64,000 nucleotides of DNA from a virus (Duplodnaviria; Caudoviricetes): positions 1-64,000 of the IMG/VR virus record IMGVR_UViG_3300027533_000015. The stretch is one strand, 5' to 3'. A program made the position numbers and the translations under genes. Position 1 is the stretch's first letter; each line of letters starts with the position of its first letter. The notes under the pieces are model-generated. The model was not told where the DNA came from. It was given only the letters and a program-made list of their open reading frames with translations, and ran no database searches. Of this stretch, positions 17,824 to 24,554 are shown in pieces.

Positions 17824-18129
17824 TTAAAGAATACTTGTATTGCGGTTTAGATAGTCTCTGAGTTCATCAATGGTGATGTATCCAGAGGATATCAATTGGC
17901 CTATTTTATCTACAGGTGGAATTTCTTTGAAGGATAATCCTGCTTCAGACATTAGTGTTCTTATTTCTTCAAGTGATTTAAATCCCATGTGCCTATGCTG
18001 CATAACCTCCTTTTCAGTGAGTTTGGTAAGATCACCTAATATGTTGATCTTAAGATGGTGTCTTAGTATATTGTAACACCTGACACTGAGATCAAGGTCT
18101 TCTATTGATGTATCAAAATGTGATGACAT
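17824..18129 (-). CDS. Stand-alone RNA polymerase alpha-subunit C-terminal-domain homolog
   Basis: IEDLDLSVRCYNIL...I..LGDL...TEKEV......GFKSLEEI...M...GLSF closely matches alpha-CTD (VDDLELTVRSANCL...GKKSLTEI..GLSL). Confidence 0.85.
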   Translation of the reverse strand: MSSHFDTSIEDLDLSVRCYNILRHHLKINILGDLTKLTEKEVMQHRHMGFKSLEEIRTLMSEAGLSFKEIPPVDKIGQLISSGYITIDELRDYLNRNTSIL

Positions 18130-18163
18130 GATTAATTATTGAAATTGATTTAAAAAATGCTTT

Positions 18164-18580
18164 TTATTTGACACCATCAATTAGAAGCCTGTCATAACAG
18201 GTTATACACTTGAAATCAAGATAGATGGTATTGTGGCCAAAATAACCCTTTCCTACCCACTGGTTTGGAGTTCCTGCTGAACCATTGTAGTTCTTTCTTG
18301 CAAAGACCTCATTCAGGGTGAAGGTTAAATCCGGTGCCAGCTTTATTTTGGTGAAGATATACTCTGGATTACAGCAATCCTTAAATCTCATTCTGAGTGT
18401 ACCATCTGCATTAGCTGTGACAGTAGTGGTAAATGAGTTAGAGCCAACTCTATAAACAAATTGCTTGTAAGTTCCCACAACATCTTTTGATAAAACATTC
18501 TGGTCAGTGGAATTATTGCCTTTGTTGCAGCTCATAGTGATGGTGCCTAATATAATTAAGCCGATTAATAACTTTTTCAT
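18164..18580 (-). CDS. Lipoprotein
   Basis: MKKLLIGLIILGTITMSC signal peptide II/lipobox. Confidence 0.75.
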   Translation of the reverse strand: MKKLLIGLIILGTITMSCNKGNNSTDQNVLSKDVVGTYKQFVYRVGSNSFTTTVTANADGTLRMRFKDCCNPEYIFTKIKLAPDLTFTLNEVFARKNYNGSAGTPNQWVGKGYFGHNTIYLDFKCITCYDRLLIDGVK

Positions 18581-18674
18581 TAATTAAAATTGATTGATTT
18601 GATAATAAAATTGATTTAAAAAGAAAGAGTGAAGAGATTTTATCTCTCCACTCTGTTCTCATCTTCACTCACTC

Positions 18675-18944
18675 TTAGAAAATTAGTCTATGTGATGGTT
18701 TTGGCAGGTGATGCTGACATTTATCACCGGCTACCTTCACTGTCATTTTACAGGGGATCTTCTTTGAAGTCATTACACCACACCGGGGAGTTAGTGGTGA
18801 ATGATGTTTGCAAAATCCATCTGCTAATGTCATAGTTGATTTACAGGGCTGACCTTTTGTTGTTGTGCCTTTGCATGGGTCTTTTGCAAAGCTAGCCAAA
18901 CTGATTAACAGTATGGCTAGTAGTAGCTGAATTTTTGTCTTCAT
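18675..18944 (-). CDS. Secreted protein with two C-x-G-x-T-x-x-G-x-x-C...C-x-H-H-like repeats
   Basis: Signal peptide ending ASFA; CKGTTTKGQPCK..CKHH and CGVMTSKKIPCK..CQHH. Confidence 0.7.
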   Translation of the reverse strand: MKTKIQLLLAILLISLASFAKDPCKGTTTKGQPCKSTMTLADGFCKHHSPLTPRCGVMTSKKIPCKMTVKVAGDKCQHHLPKPSHRLIF

Positions 18945-18952
18945 GAGTTTGA

Positions 18953-19291
18953 TTAAATGTTGTGTTTACCGAAGATTTTTAAATAAGAGTATTTTAAATA
19001 GGAATTCTTCCTGAAGTTCAGCCAAGCCTGATCTATCTGCCTGAAGCCAAAGCCTTCAATGAGGTAAGTATCTCCATCACTGGTGTCCATAATAATGTCT
19101 CCAACAGAAGTTGATCTGTGTCCACCTAATGCATAGGTGGGGTTTAAATCATTCTGGGTCATTCTGAATACATCATGGAGGTCAGGGACATCAATTGTGC
19201 AAATTTCTTCATACTCATAGAAGTCAGGTTTGCACTGGTGGTTGAGGTGTCCACCTCTTGGGTGGAACACCTTGAATCTGTGTGTGGTCAT
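18953..19291 (-). CDS. YodL-like domain protein
   Basis: L..VF...Q......HRSTSVGDII......Y....FGF resembles the YodL signature. Confidence 0.55.
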   Translation of the reverse strand: MTTHRFKVFHPRGGHLNHQCKPDFYEYEEICTIDVPDLHDVFRMTQNDLNPTYALGGHRSTSVGDIIMDTSDGDTYLIEGFGFRQIDQAWLNFRKNSYLKYSYLKIFGKHNI

Positions 19292-19486
19292 AGTAGGTAG
19301 GGATTATTTAGCGTTTTTTAAATTAAGATTAGAAATGTCTGAGAAAGCATGTCTGTTAAGATTCTGCTGCTTAGTATCCCCACAAGATAGCAGGGATATA
19401 AGCAGTGAGATAACCAAAGAGACAAAAGCTGTATGCAGGGTATAACCTAAGCTTGTTCTTTTCATGAGTGTTGATTGATGAGATGA

Positions 19487-19726
19487 TTAAAATGGTAATT
19501 CTTCAATAGTTTCATAGGTATCAAAAAACATAATCTCCCATTGCCAGTCACACTCATTAAAGAGGAGTTGATAATGAGCTGGCTTGGTGATTAATTCTTC
19601 ATAATCCGGATAATCTAACAGAGATGGCTCAGCCTCTTCATTATGATGGGTATTTACCCATAATGTGATGTGAAATAGAACAGGATTTAGAGTGTTGTTA
19701 CAATAAAGACGTTTTAACTTTGTCAT
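19487..19726 (-). CDS. Hypothetical protein
   Basis: ORF track; ends in ELPF. Confidence 0.5.
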   Translation of the reverse strand: MTKLKRLYCNNTLNPVLFHITLWVNTHHNEEAEPSLLDYPDYEELITKPAHYQLLFNECDWQWEIMFFDTYETIEELPF

Positions 19727-19917
19727 TTGATTAAAATTAGGGGTGATTTGGGAATTAAAGGCTATTACAAATTAGTTAATGCGTGATTTGATAGTTTTTA
19801 GAATGCCAAGATGACATATACTATGATACTAAGCAAGTTAGCTATGCTTTTAGTCCTCAAATAGCTCTGTATTTGCCTCATTTTAGAGCATTAACTTGCA
19901 ATTTGCTTATGTCTTCA

Positions 19918-19946
19918 GGAATTAGTGGGGGTTGATAGGGAGTGGA
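19918..19946. promoter_or_regulatory. G5 motif copy 2
   Basis: GGAATTAGTGGGGGTTGATAGGGAGTGGA. Confidence 0.6.
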
Positions 19947-20225
19947 CTGATTGTCAATTAGTTATAGAGCTAATTAAGGCACTAATTAACAGCATTTTTA
20001 GCCAATTCTTTGCCAATTTGTCAGTTATTTTAATTGATTCAGATCAATATTGGAATGGCCTTTCCATCAGTTCCCAAAAAAAGGGATACTTTAACATTCT
20101 ATTAACAATAATTCCAATTTCTCCAGCCTTTAATGACGCTTATTGGCTATTCCCAATTATTCCCGTATTCAATTTCAAAAAAAGCAATTCCCCCCCACAC
20201 CCCCTATTTATATATATAATAGTTT

Positions 20226-20294
20226 ATATAATTATAATAGAATAGTATAGAGAGTTTTGTATATAATTATAAGATAATTCTAATATAATTATAA
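20226..20294. repeat. Three copies of ATATAATTATAA in an AT-rich block (candidate origin unwinding element)
   Basis: Copies at 20226, 20261 and 20283, followed by GAGGGAGAGTGT twice. Confidence 0.6.
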
Positions 20295-20353
20295 GCGGGT
20301 TGCTGTGGTGGGGAGGGAGAGTGTATAAGTGGTGAGGGAGAGTGTTAGTAACT

Positions 20354-20385
20354 GTAAGTTAGTGTATTTTTCTGACATTTCCAAA
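20354..20385 (-). promoter_or_regulatory. Bacteroidota sigma-A-like promoter
   Basis: TTTG-20 nt-TAACTTAC on the minus strand. Confidence 0.4.
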
Positions 20386-20434
20386 TTTATTTTTATACTC
20401 CCAGAATCGGATTCCTTTAGCAATGAAAGGACAG

Positions 20435-20467
20435 AAAAAAAAAGTACACCATAAGTTTGGTGTACTT
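20435..20467 (-). terminator. Intrinsic terminator at the end of the early gene array
   Basis: AAGTACACCA/TGGTGTACTT stem plus a U tract on the minus strand. Confidence 0.75.
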
Positions 20468-20472
20468 GTACT

Positions 20473-20502
20473 GAAATTAGTGGGGGTTTAATAGAATGTG
20501 GA
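20473..20502. promoter_or_regulatory. G5 motif copy 3 (variant)
   Basis: GAAATTAGTGGGGGTTTAATAGAATGTGGA. Confidence 0.5.
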
Positions 20503-20751
20503 TCAGTATTCTCTGAAGTCTCCCAGCTTTAGGTTCTTCTCCCATCTTCTGAGAGTGTCTTGAATCAGACCATCCTGCATATTCATCTCTAGTTCAGTGG
20601 TGAGACTAATGAAACCATTGGCAATGCTATAGACGTTTTTACCATCTTTGCCAAGTTCTCCCATAATGTCTACCAGTCTGGTCATTTCCCTGTGCTGATC
20701 ACTAAGTCTCTTCAAGGAGTTATACTCTTCCTGAGTTAGAATGTACTGCAT
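20503..20751 (-). CDS. Early small protein
   Basis: Start revised to MQYILTQEEY; the track extension runs through a hairpin and leader. Confidence 0.6.
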   Translation of the reverse strand: MQYILTQEEYNSLKRLSDQHREMTRLVDIMGELGKDGKNVYSIANGFISLTTELEMNMQDGLIQDTLRRWEKNLKLGDFREY

Positions 20752-20797
20752 AAATAAAAGTTTAGTATTTGAGTGAATGAATAAATGAATAATAAAA

Positions 20798-20828
20798 GCA
20801 AGGGGTCTCCCCCTTGCATAAGAAATCA
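20798..20828 (-). repeat. Post-stop hairpin repeat, copy A
   Basis: Minus strand TGA-TTTCTTAT-GCAAGGGG-GAGA-CCCCTTGC; same as 21400-21431 except the loop. Confidence 0.75.
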
Positions 20829-21308
20829 TTCAACAATACCACCATCATAGGTATCTGATGGGAGTTGTTGTTCAGCAATCCATTCAATGTACTGCTGATC
20901 CAGACCCTCCTCTGCCCAATCATCCTGCTGCACTCTCATCATATCTTCCTCAGATTCATGAATGAGTACAGGATTAACCACACCCTTATCACCATTAAAG
21001 AACAAGTATGTTTCAAGTTGCTCTTTAGTTGATGAGATGTGATACACAGCACCACCTGGGAGATGGACTTCAGGGGGATTGGGATTGGTGGTATAGACAT
21101 TAGCATATCCATTATCACCAAAATACTTACCAGCAAGCTGATAAGCAGAATGATAATTAGGATAAGTAGTGACCATACCACTACCATAGCTACTGACATG
21201 CACATAATACTCAAAGCCATCACTGATGTCTCTGATTTGGCAGTCAAGATCCCAAACCTGTTTTTCTAAATTGGTTTTCAGGCTAACCAAAAACTGTAAT
21301 GTTTCCAT
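20826..21308 (-). CDS. Early hypothetical protein
   Basis: 160 aa; follows tRNA-like element 1 and its leader. Confidence 0.65.
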   Translation of the reverse strand: METLQFLVSLKTNLEKQVWDLDCQIRDISDGFEYYVHVSSYGSGMVTTYPNYHSAYQLAGKYFGDNGYANVYTTNPNPPEVHLPGGAVYHISSTKEQLETYLFFNGDKGVVNPVLIHESEEDMMRVQQDDWAEEGLDQQYIEWIAEQQLPSDTYDGGIVE

Positions 21309-21336
21309 TGTAGTTAAAATTTAAGTGAATGAAGAA

Positions 21337-21392
21337 TAGTTGACCTATAAGGATTTGAACCTTACCAACTGCATCCATCATGCAATAGGTCA
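21337..21392 (-). ncRNA. Anticodon-less tRNA-like element 1
   Basis: TGACCTA T TGCAT-GATGG-ATGCA GTTGG TAAGG-TTCAAAT-CCTTA TAGGTCA A CTA. Confidence 0.8.
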
Positions 21393-21399
21393 ATGTAAA

Positions 21400-21431
21400 G
21401 CAAGGGGCCAAACCCCTTGCATAAGAAATCA
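21400..21431 (-). repeat. Post-stop hairpin repeat, copy B
   Basis: Minus strand TGA-TTTCTTAT-GCAAGGGG-TTTGG-CCCCTTGC. Confidence 0.75.
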
Positions 21432-21785
21432 CAACCCTTTACCATCAGTCATGCTGAATAACCAGTCCTGATACTGTGCTCTGGCTTCCTTCTCTTCTTC
21501 AGCAAGAGTTTTAGGGTCTTCAGTACAATCCTCATCAGGCCATTGATCAGGTGCTTGCCAGCTTTCCTCAGCAACTCTCTGCATCTCATCATGCTCCTTC
21601 ATAGTGATAGCTTGAGCAGCAAGGATATCCTTAATCTGCTCAGCAGTAACAGGATGAACATCAGTATAAGTCCAATCATTCATAAAGTTGTTGGAGTTTA
21701 ACTGATCTACAAGAATCATTGCATCTTGTAATGAGGGTTGTGTGCCCAGACAGTGGCCATTGCTGTCATGAATAACATAAATCAT
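21429..21785 (-). CDS. Early hypothetical acidic protein
   Basis: 118 aa; follows element 2. Confidence 0.65.
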   Translation of the reverse strand: MIYVIHDSNGHCLGTQPSLQDAMILVDQLNSNNFMNDWTYTDVHPVTAEQIKDILAAQAITMKEHDEMQRVAEESWQAPDQWPDEDCTEDPKTLAEEEKEARAQYQDWLFSMTDGKGL

Positions 21786-21814
21786 GAGTGAGAAAGTCCT
21801 GTTTTGTCAGAACT

Positions 21815-21871
21815 TAGTTGACCTATAGGGATTCGAACCCCTCAACTTATACCCAGTGTATAAATAGGTCA
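21815..21871 (-). ncRNA. Anticodon-less tRNA-like element 2
   Basis: TGACCTA T TTATAC-ACTGG-GTATAA GTTG AGGGG-TTCGAAT-CCCTA TAGGTCA A CTA (one mismatch at the T-stem base). Confidence 0.8.
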
Positions 21872-21877
21872 AACAGA

Positions 21878-22108
21878 TTACTTGGCTAAGTAATCTTGCC
21901 AAGCTTGGCTCTTCTTCTTTTGATGGAAGAAGAATGTGGTGTAATAAGCACCACTTCTACAATCACATTCTATCCACTTGATGTCATACAATTCATAAGG
22001 CATAGTGGGGAATGCAAGAGTCTGGCCTTGGGGAATGGTTCTGATTACTGCATCAAAATCATGCATAGCTTGAGACCATTCTGTAAGAGGCAAAGCAGAT
22101 AACAACAT
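21878..22108 (-). CDS. Early small protein
   Basis: 76 aa; follows element 3. Confidence 0.6.
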   Translation of the reverse strand: MLLSALPLTEWSQAMHDFDAVIRTIPQGQTLAFPTMPYELYDIKWIECDCRSGAYYTTFFFHQKKKSQAWQDYLAK

Positions 22109-22140
22109 AGTAGTACAATTTAGAGGTGATTTAAATAAAA

Positions 22141-22197
22141 TAGATGGCCTATAAGGAGTCGAACCTTAATACCTGCATCCATTATGCAAATAGGCCA
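22141..22197 (-). ncRNA. Anticodon-less tRNA-like element 3
   Basis: TGGCCTA T TTGCAT-AATGG-ATGCAG GTAT TAAGG-TTCGACT-CCTTA TAGGCCA T CTA. Confidence 0.8.
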
Positions 22198-22204
22198 AAC
22201 AGGT

Positions 22205-22600
22205 TTAGTTCTCCATTGAGATGATAAACCCAAAGATGTTCTGGAATTGCTCAGATGTCATATAATCATAAGCATATTCCTGACCATCAGTTGATGCATA
22301 TCTAACTGATATGAATCCCCTATCATCAATATTAATCTGCTTAATACTGATCTGAGGCATGGGATTAGGGCATTCCATACCATCACAAGTACATTCACCA
22401 TCACAGGTGATGTGATTCATGTCCTTGCACACATGACCAGTTGGAGGTTGAGCTTGCATAGCAAACTGAGCCTTGTACCTGGGTTGTCTGTTGCCACTTC
22501 TATCAGAAGTGCAACAAGTCATTGTTGAAATGACTGCCATCATAAATACAATCATAATTGCAGTGATGGTGTAATCCTTAGAGTGTCTCATAATTGACAA
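22205..22600 (-). CDS. Early Cys-rich putative lipoprotein or membrane protein
   Basis: Hydrophobic stretch ending STMTCC; CDGECTCDGMEC; follows element 4. Confidence 0.6.
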   Translation of the reverse strand: MSIMRHSKDYTITAIMIVFMMAVISTMTCCTSDRSGNRQPRYKAQFAMQAQPPTGHVCKDMNHITCDGECTCDGMECPNPMPQISIKQINIDDRGFISVRYASTDGQEYAYDYMTSEQFQNIFGFIISMEN

Positions 22601-22628
22601 AATTTAGAGTGAATGAAGAAATGAAGAA

Positions 22629-22688
22629 TAGTTAATCTGTTAGGAGTCGAACCTAATAAGTTGTGATGCACCCAATGTGCACAGATTA
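22629..22688 (-). ncRNA. Anticodon-less tRNA-like element 4
   Basis: TAATCTG T GCAC-ATTGG-GTGC ATCACAACTTA TTAGG-TTCGACT-CCTAA CAGATTA A CTA. Confidence 0.8.
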
Positions 22689-22699
22689 AGATGATTAAG

Positions 22700-22728
22700 A
22701 ATAGGGGAGGAATTGCACCTCCCCTATT
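22700..22728 (-). other. 11-bp hairpin with a T-loop-like 7-nt loop (minihelix or terminator)
   Basis: Minus strand AATAGGGGAGG-TGCAATT-CCTCCCCTATT. Confidence 0.55.
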
Positions 22729-22744
22729 GTAATCGCTGGTCAAC

Positions 22745-23026
22745 TTACAGCGTGCCCAATAACTGTATTGGAGTGATGATGACGATCCTTGTATAAGGCA
22801 GCTTATCTGGATCAGTAGGAGTTACCTGACTGACCTTGTAGGCCAACTTATCGAAGTCTCTGTCTTTCACAATGAGGGCATAAACGTCCTCATGCATGGT
22901 AACCCTTGTCCTTGTAGTGTCTTCCCAATGGGAGACCCAAGGTTGAGGCACATTCTGCTCATCTAATTGACGAGCAATGTTAAGAACTGGGATACCAATA
23001 GCTGATTTGACCTGGGAAATGTTCAT
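22745..23026 (-). CDS. First gene of the leftward early array
   Basis: Start revised to MNISQVK at 23026, about 45 nt downstream of G5 motif copy 4. Confidence 0.65.
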   Translation of the reverse strand: MNISQVKSAIGIPVLNIARQLDEQNVPQPWVSHWEDTTRTRVTMHEDVYALIVKDRDFDKLAYKVSQVTPTDPDKLPYTRIVIITPIQLLGTL

Positions 23027-23069
23027 AATAATGACATTTAAATTGTTAAAGAAATGATGATACCAAAAC

Positions 23070-23087
23070 TTAATGGGGGTTGATAGG
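23070..23087. promoter_or_regulatory. G5 motif copy 4
   Basis: TTAATGGGGGTTGATAGG. Confidence 0.5.
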
Positions 23088-23314
23088 TAATCATGCATGT
23101 ACCATGTAGTGACAAGGTCACTTTGTTGTGGTGGTACAACACAGTTAAGAGATGATGATACAATGAGTGTAGCTTGATGGATAGTAGTGATGTGGCATGA
23201 GCCACAGGGTGTACAGCATAGTGTGCTGCTACACGTAGTGTGTTACTACTATATATTAGCCGGCCTCAGGAATAGTGCCTGTGCCTGATGGCGGGGGACA
23301 CTTTCTTCCAAAGA

Positions 23315-23331
23315 TTGATGGGGGTTGTTAG
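23315..23331. promoter_or_regulatory. G5 motif copy 5 (degenerate)
   Basis: TTGATGGGGGTTGTTAG in the strand-switch region. Confidence 0.35.
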
Positions 23332-23607
23332 CTTAGGTGGTTCACACCCTCTCACTCCCCCCAAAAAAAATCTGAACTTGGATCACACCTTCTCTCCTAC
23401 TCTAAAATTTTTTTATACTCATCTTAATACCAAAAAAAATTTTAAGTGTCTCATTGGCCTTACCTTTGTCTCTCTTATCATCTGGTTGGTGATAAAGTTT
23501 TCATTTTTCGTAGTATATGTTTTTTTAAAATTGGTTCACCCTCTGTTTCTACAGGGGGTTTCCTTATACCCTCCCTTTTATCTATCTTTAACCTTATTTC
23601 ATCTACT

Positions 23608-23859
23608 ATGCCTGATGATTTCAGAAATTGGAACACGATTAATACAATGGTCTACAGGATGTGGGATCAGTTCATCAAAAATCCTAACTCCAACCAGATC
23701 ATAGGCTCTAACCTCACCCCTCCTCTTACCAATGAGAACATTCAGGCTGCAGCCAGCCCTCTTTACTACATCTTAGGTGACGGAGTTAAGAAAATTACCA
23801 TGTCTTCCTCTCCTCCCTCCAGCCCTGAACCCGGAGATATCTGGATTGATACCTCTTAA
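23608..23859 (+). CDS. Small protein ending in half of a tail-fibre repeat motif
   Basis: Start revised to MPDDF; C-terminus SSSPPSSPEPGDIWIDTS; TATCTTTA -7-like box at 23583. Confidence 0.6.
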   Translation: MPDDFRNWNTINTMVYRMWDQFIKNPNSNQIIGSNLTPPLTNENIQAAASPLYYILGDGVKKITMSSSPPSSPEPGDIWIDTS

Positions 23860-23949
23860 GTCTCACCTCCTCCTCACCCCTACTCAGGTTTACCCTGAAG
23901 TGGCTTAGTTACAATTACCACTCATCTACTAATACTTAAATAATCTCTC

Positions 23950-24537
23950 ATGAACTCAGAAAAACTTAATATCAATGACAGCTTCAACGCTAATACCATC
24001 AAATCTCCCACTCTCCCCATTGATCACCTTGGTCTTAAGGGAAAATATCACTTCCAGTGCTTTGATTGTCATGGAAATCTCAAATGGGAGGACACTATTG
24101 ATAACCTCGTTGTCAATGTTGGAAAGAATCTCACCCTTGATACAATCATGGCAGGTGCAGCATACACAGTAACAGGCCCTTTCATGGGACTTGTCTCCTC
24201 TGTTGGCTATTCTGCTATAGTTGCAGGTGATACAATGGCTTCACATGCTGGTTGGACTGAAGCTGGACTGGCCAATGCCCCAACTTACACAGCCCCCAGA
24301 AAGACTGTTGTCTTTAATGCTGCTTCTGCTGGCTCAAAAACCACTACTGCAGCCTTGTCTTTTGCCATTACTGGTGCCGGCACTGTAAAAGGAGCTTTTA
24401 TTGTCTTAGGTACTGGTGCAGTCTCTACCATTGACAACACTGCTGGAGTTCTCTTCAGCTCTGGTCTCTTCACAGGTGGTGACAGGCCAGTAGTCAACAC
24501 TGATACTCTTAATGTAGCCTATACAGTTTCAGCTTAA
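23950..24537 (+). CDS. Tail fibre/accessory virion protein
   Basis: NLVVNVGKN...Y.R......A...F.....V.G.F pattern of phage tail accessory proteins; G/A/T-rich. Confidence 0.6.
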   Translation: MNSEKLNINDSFNANTIKSPTLPIDHLGLKGKYHFQCFDCHGNLKWEDTIDNLVVNVGKNLTLDTIMAGAAYTVTGPFMGLVSSVGYSAIVAGDTMASHAGWTEAGLANAPTYTAPRKTVVFNAASAGSKTTTAALSFAITGAGTVKGAFIVLGTGAVSTIDNTAGVLFSSGLFTGGDRPVVNTDTLNVAYTVSA

Positions 24538-24554
24538 ACCCCCCTCCTCCTGCC

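Noticed and set aside
19925-20245. 106-aa plus-strand ORF, and the 23288-23704 ORF
   Set aside because: Both run through low-complexity regulatory DNA and give unprotein-like sequence; the first has a non-ATG start.
21337-22688. The four elements as ordinary or decaying tRNA genes, or as a CRISPR array
   Set aside because: All lack the anticodon arm at the same place while the stems covary, which is not random decay. The spacers are 300-480 bp ORF-containing segments, and I saw no cas genes.
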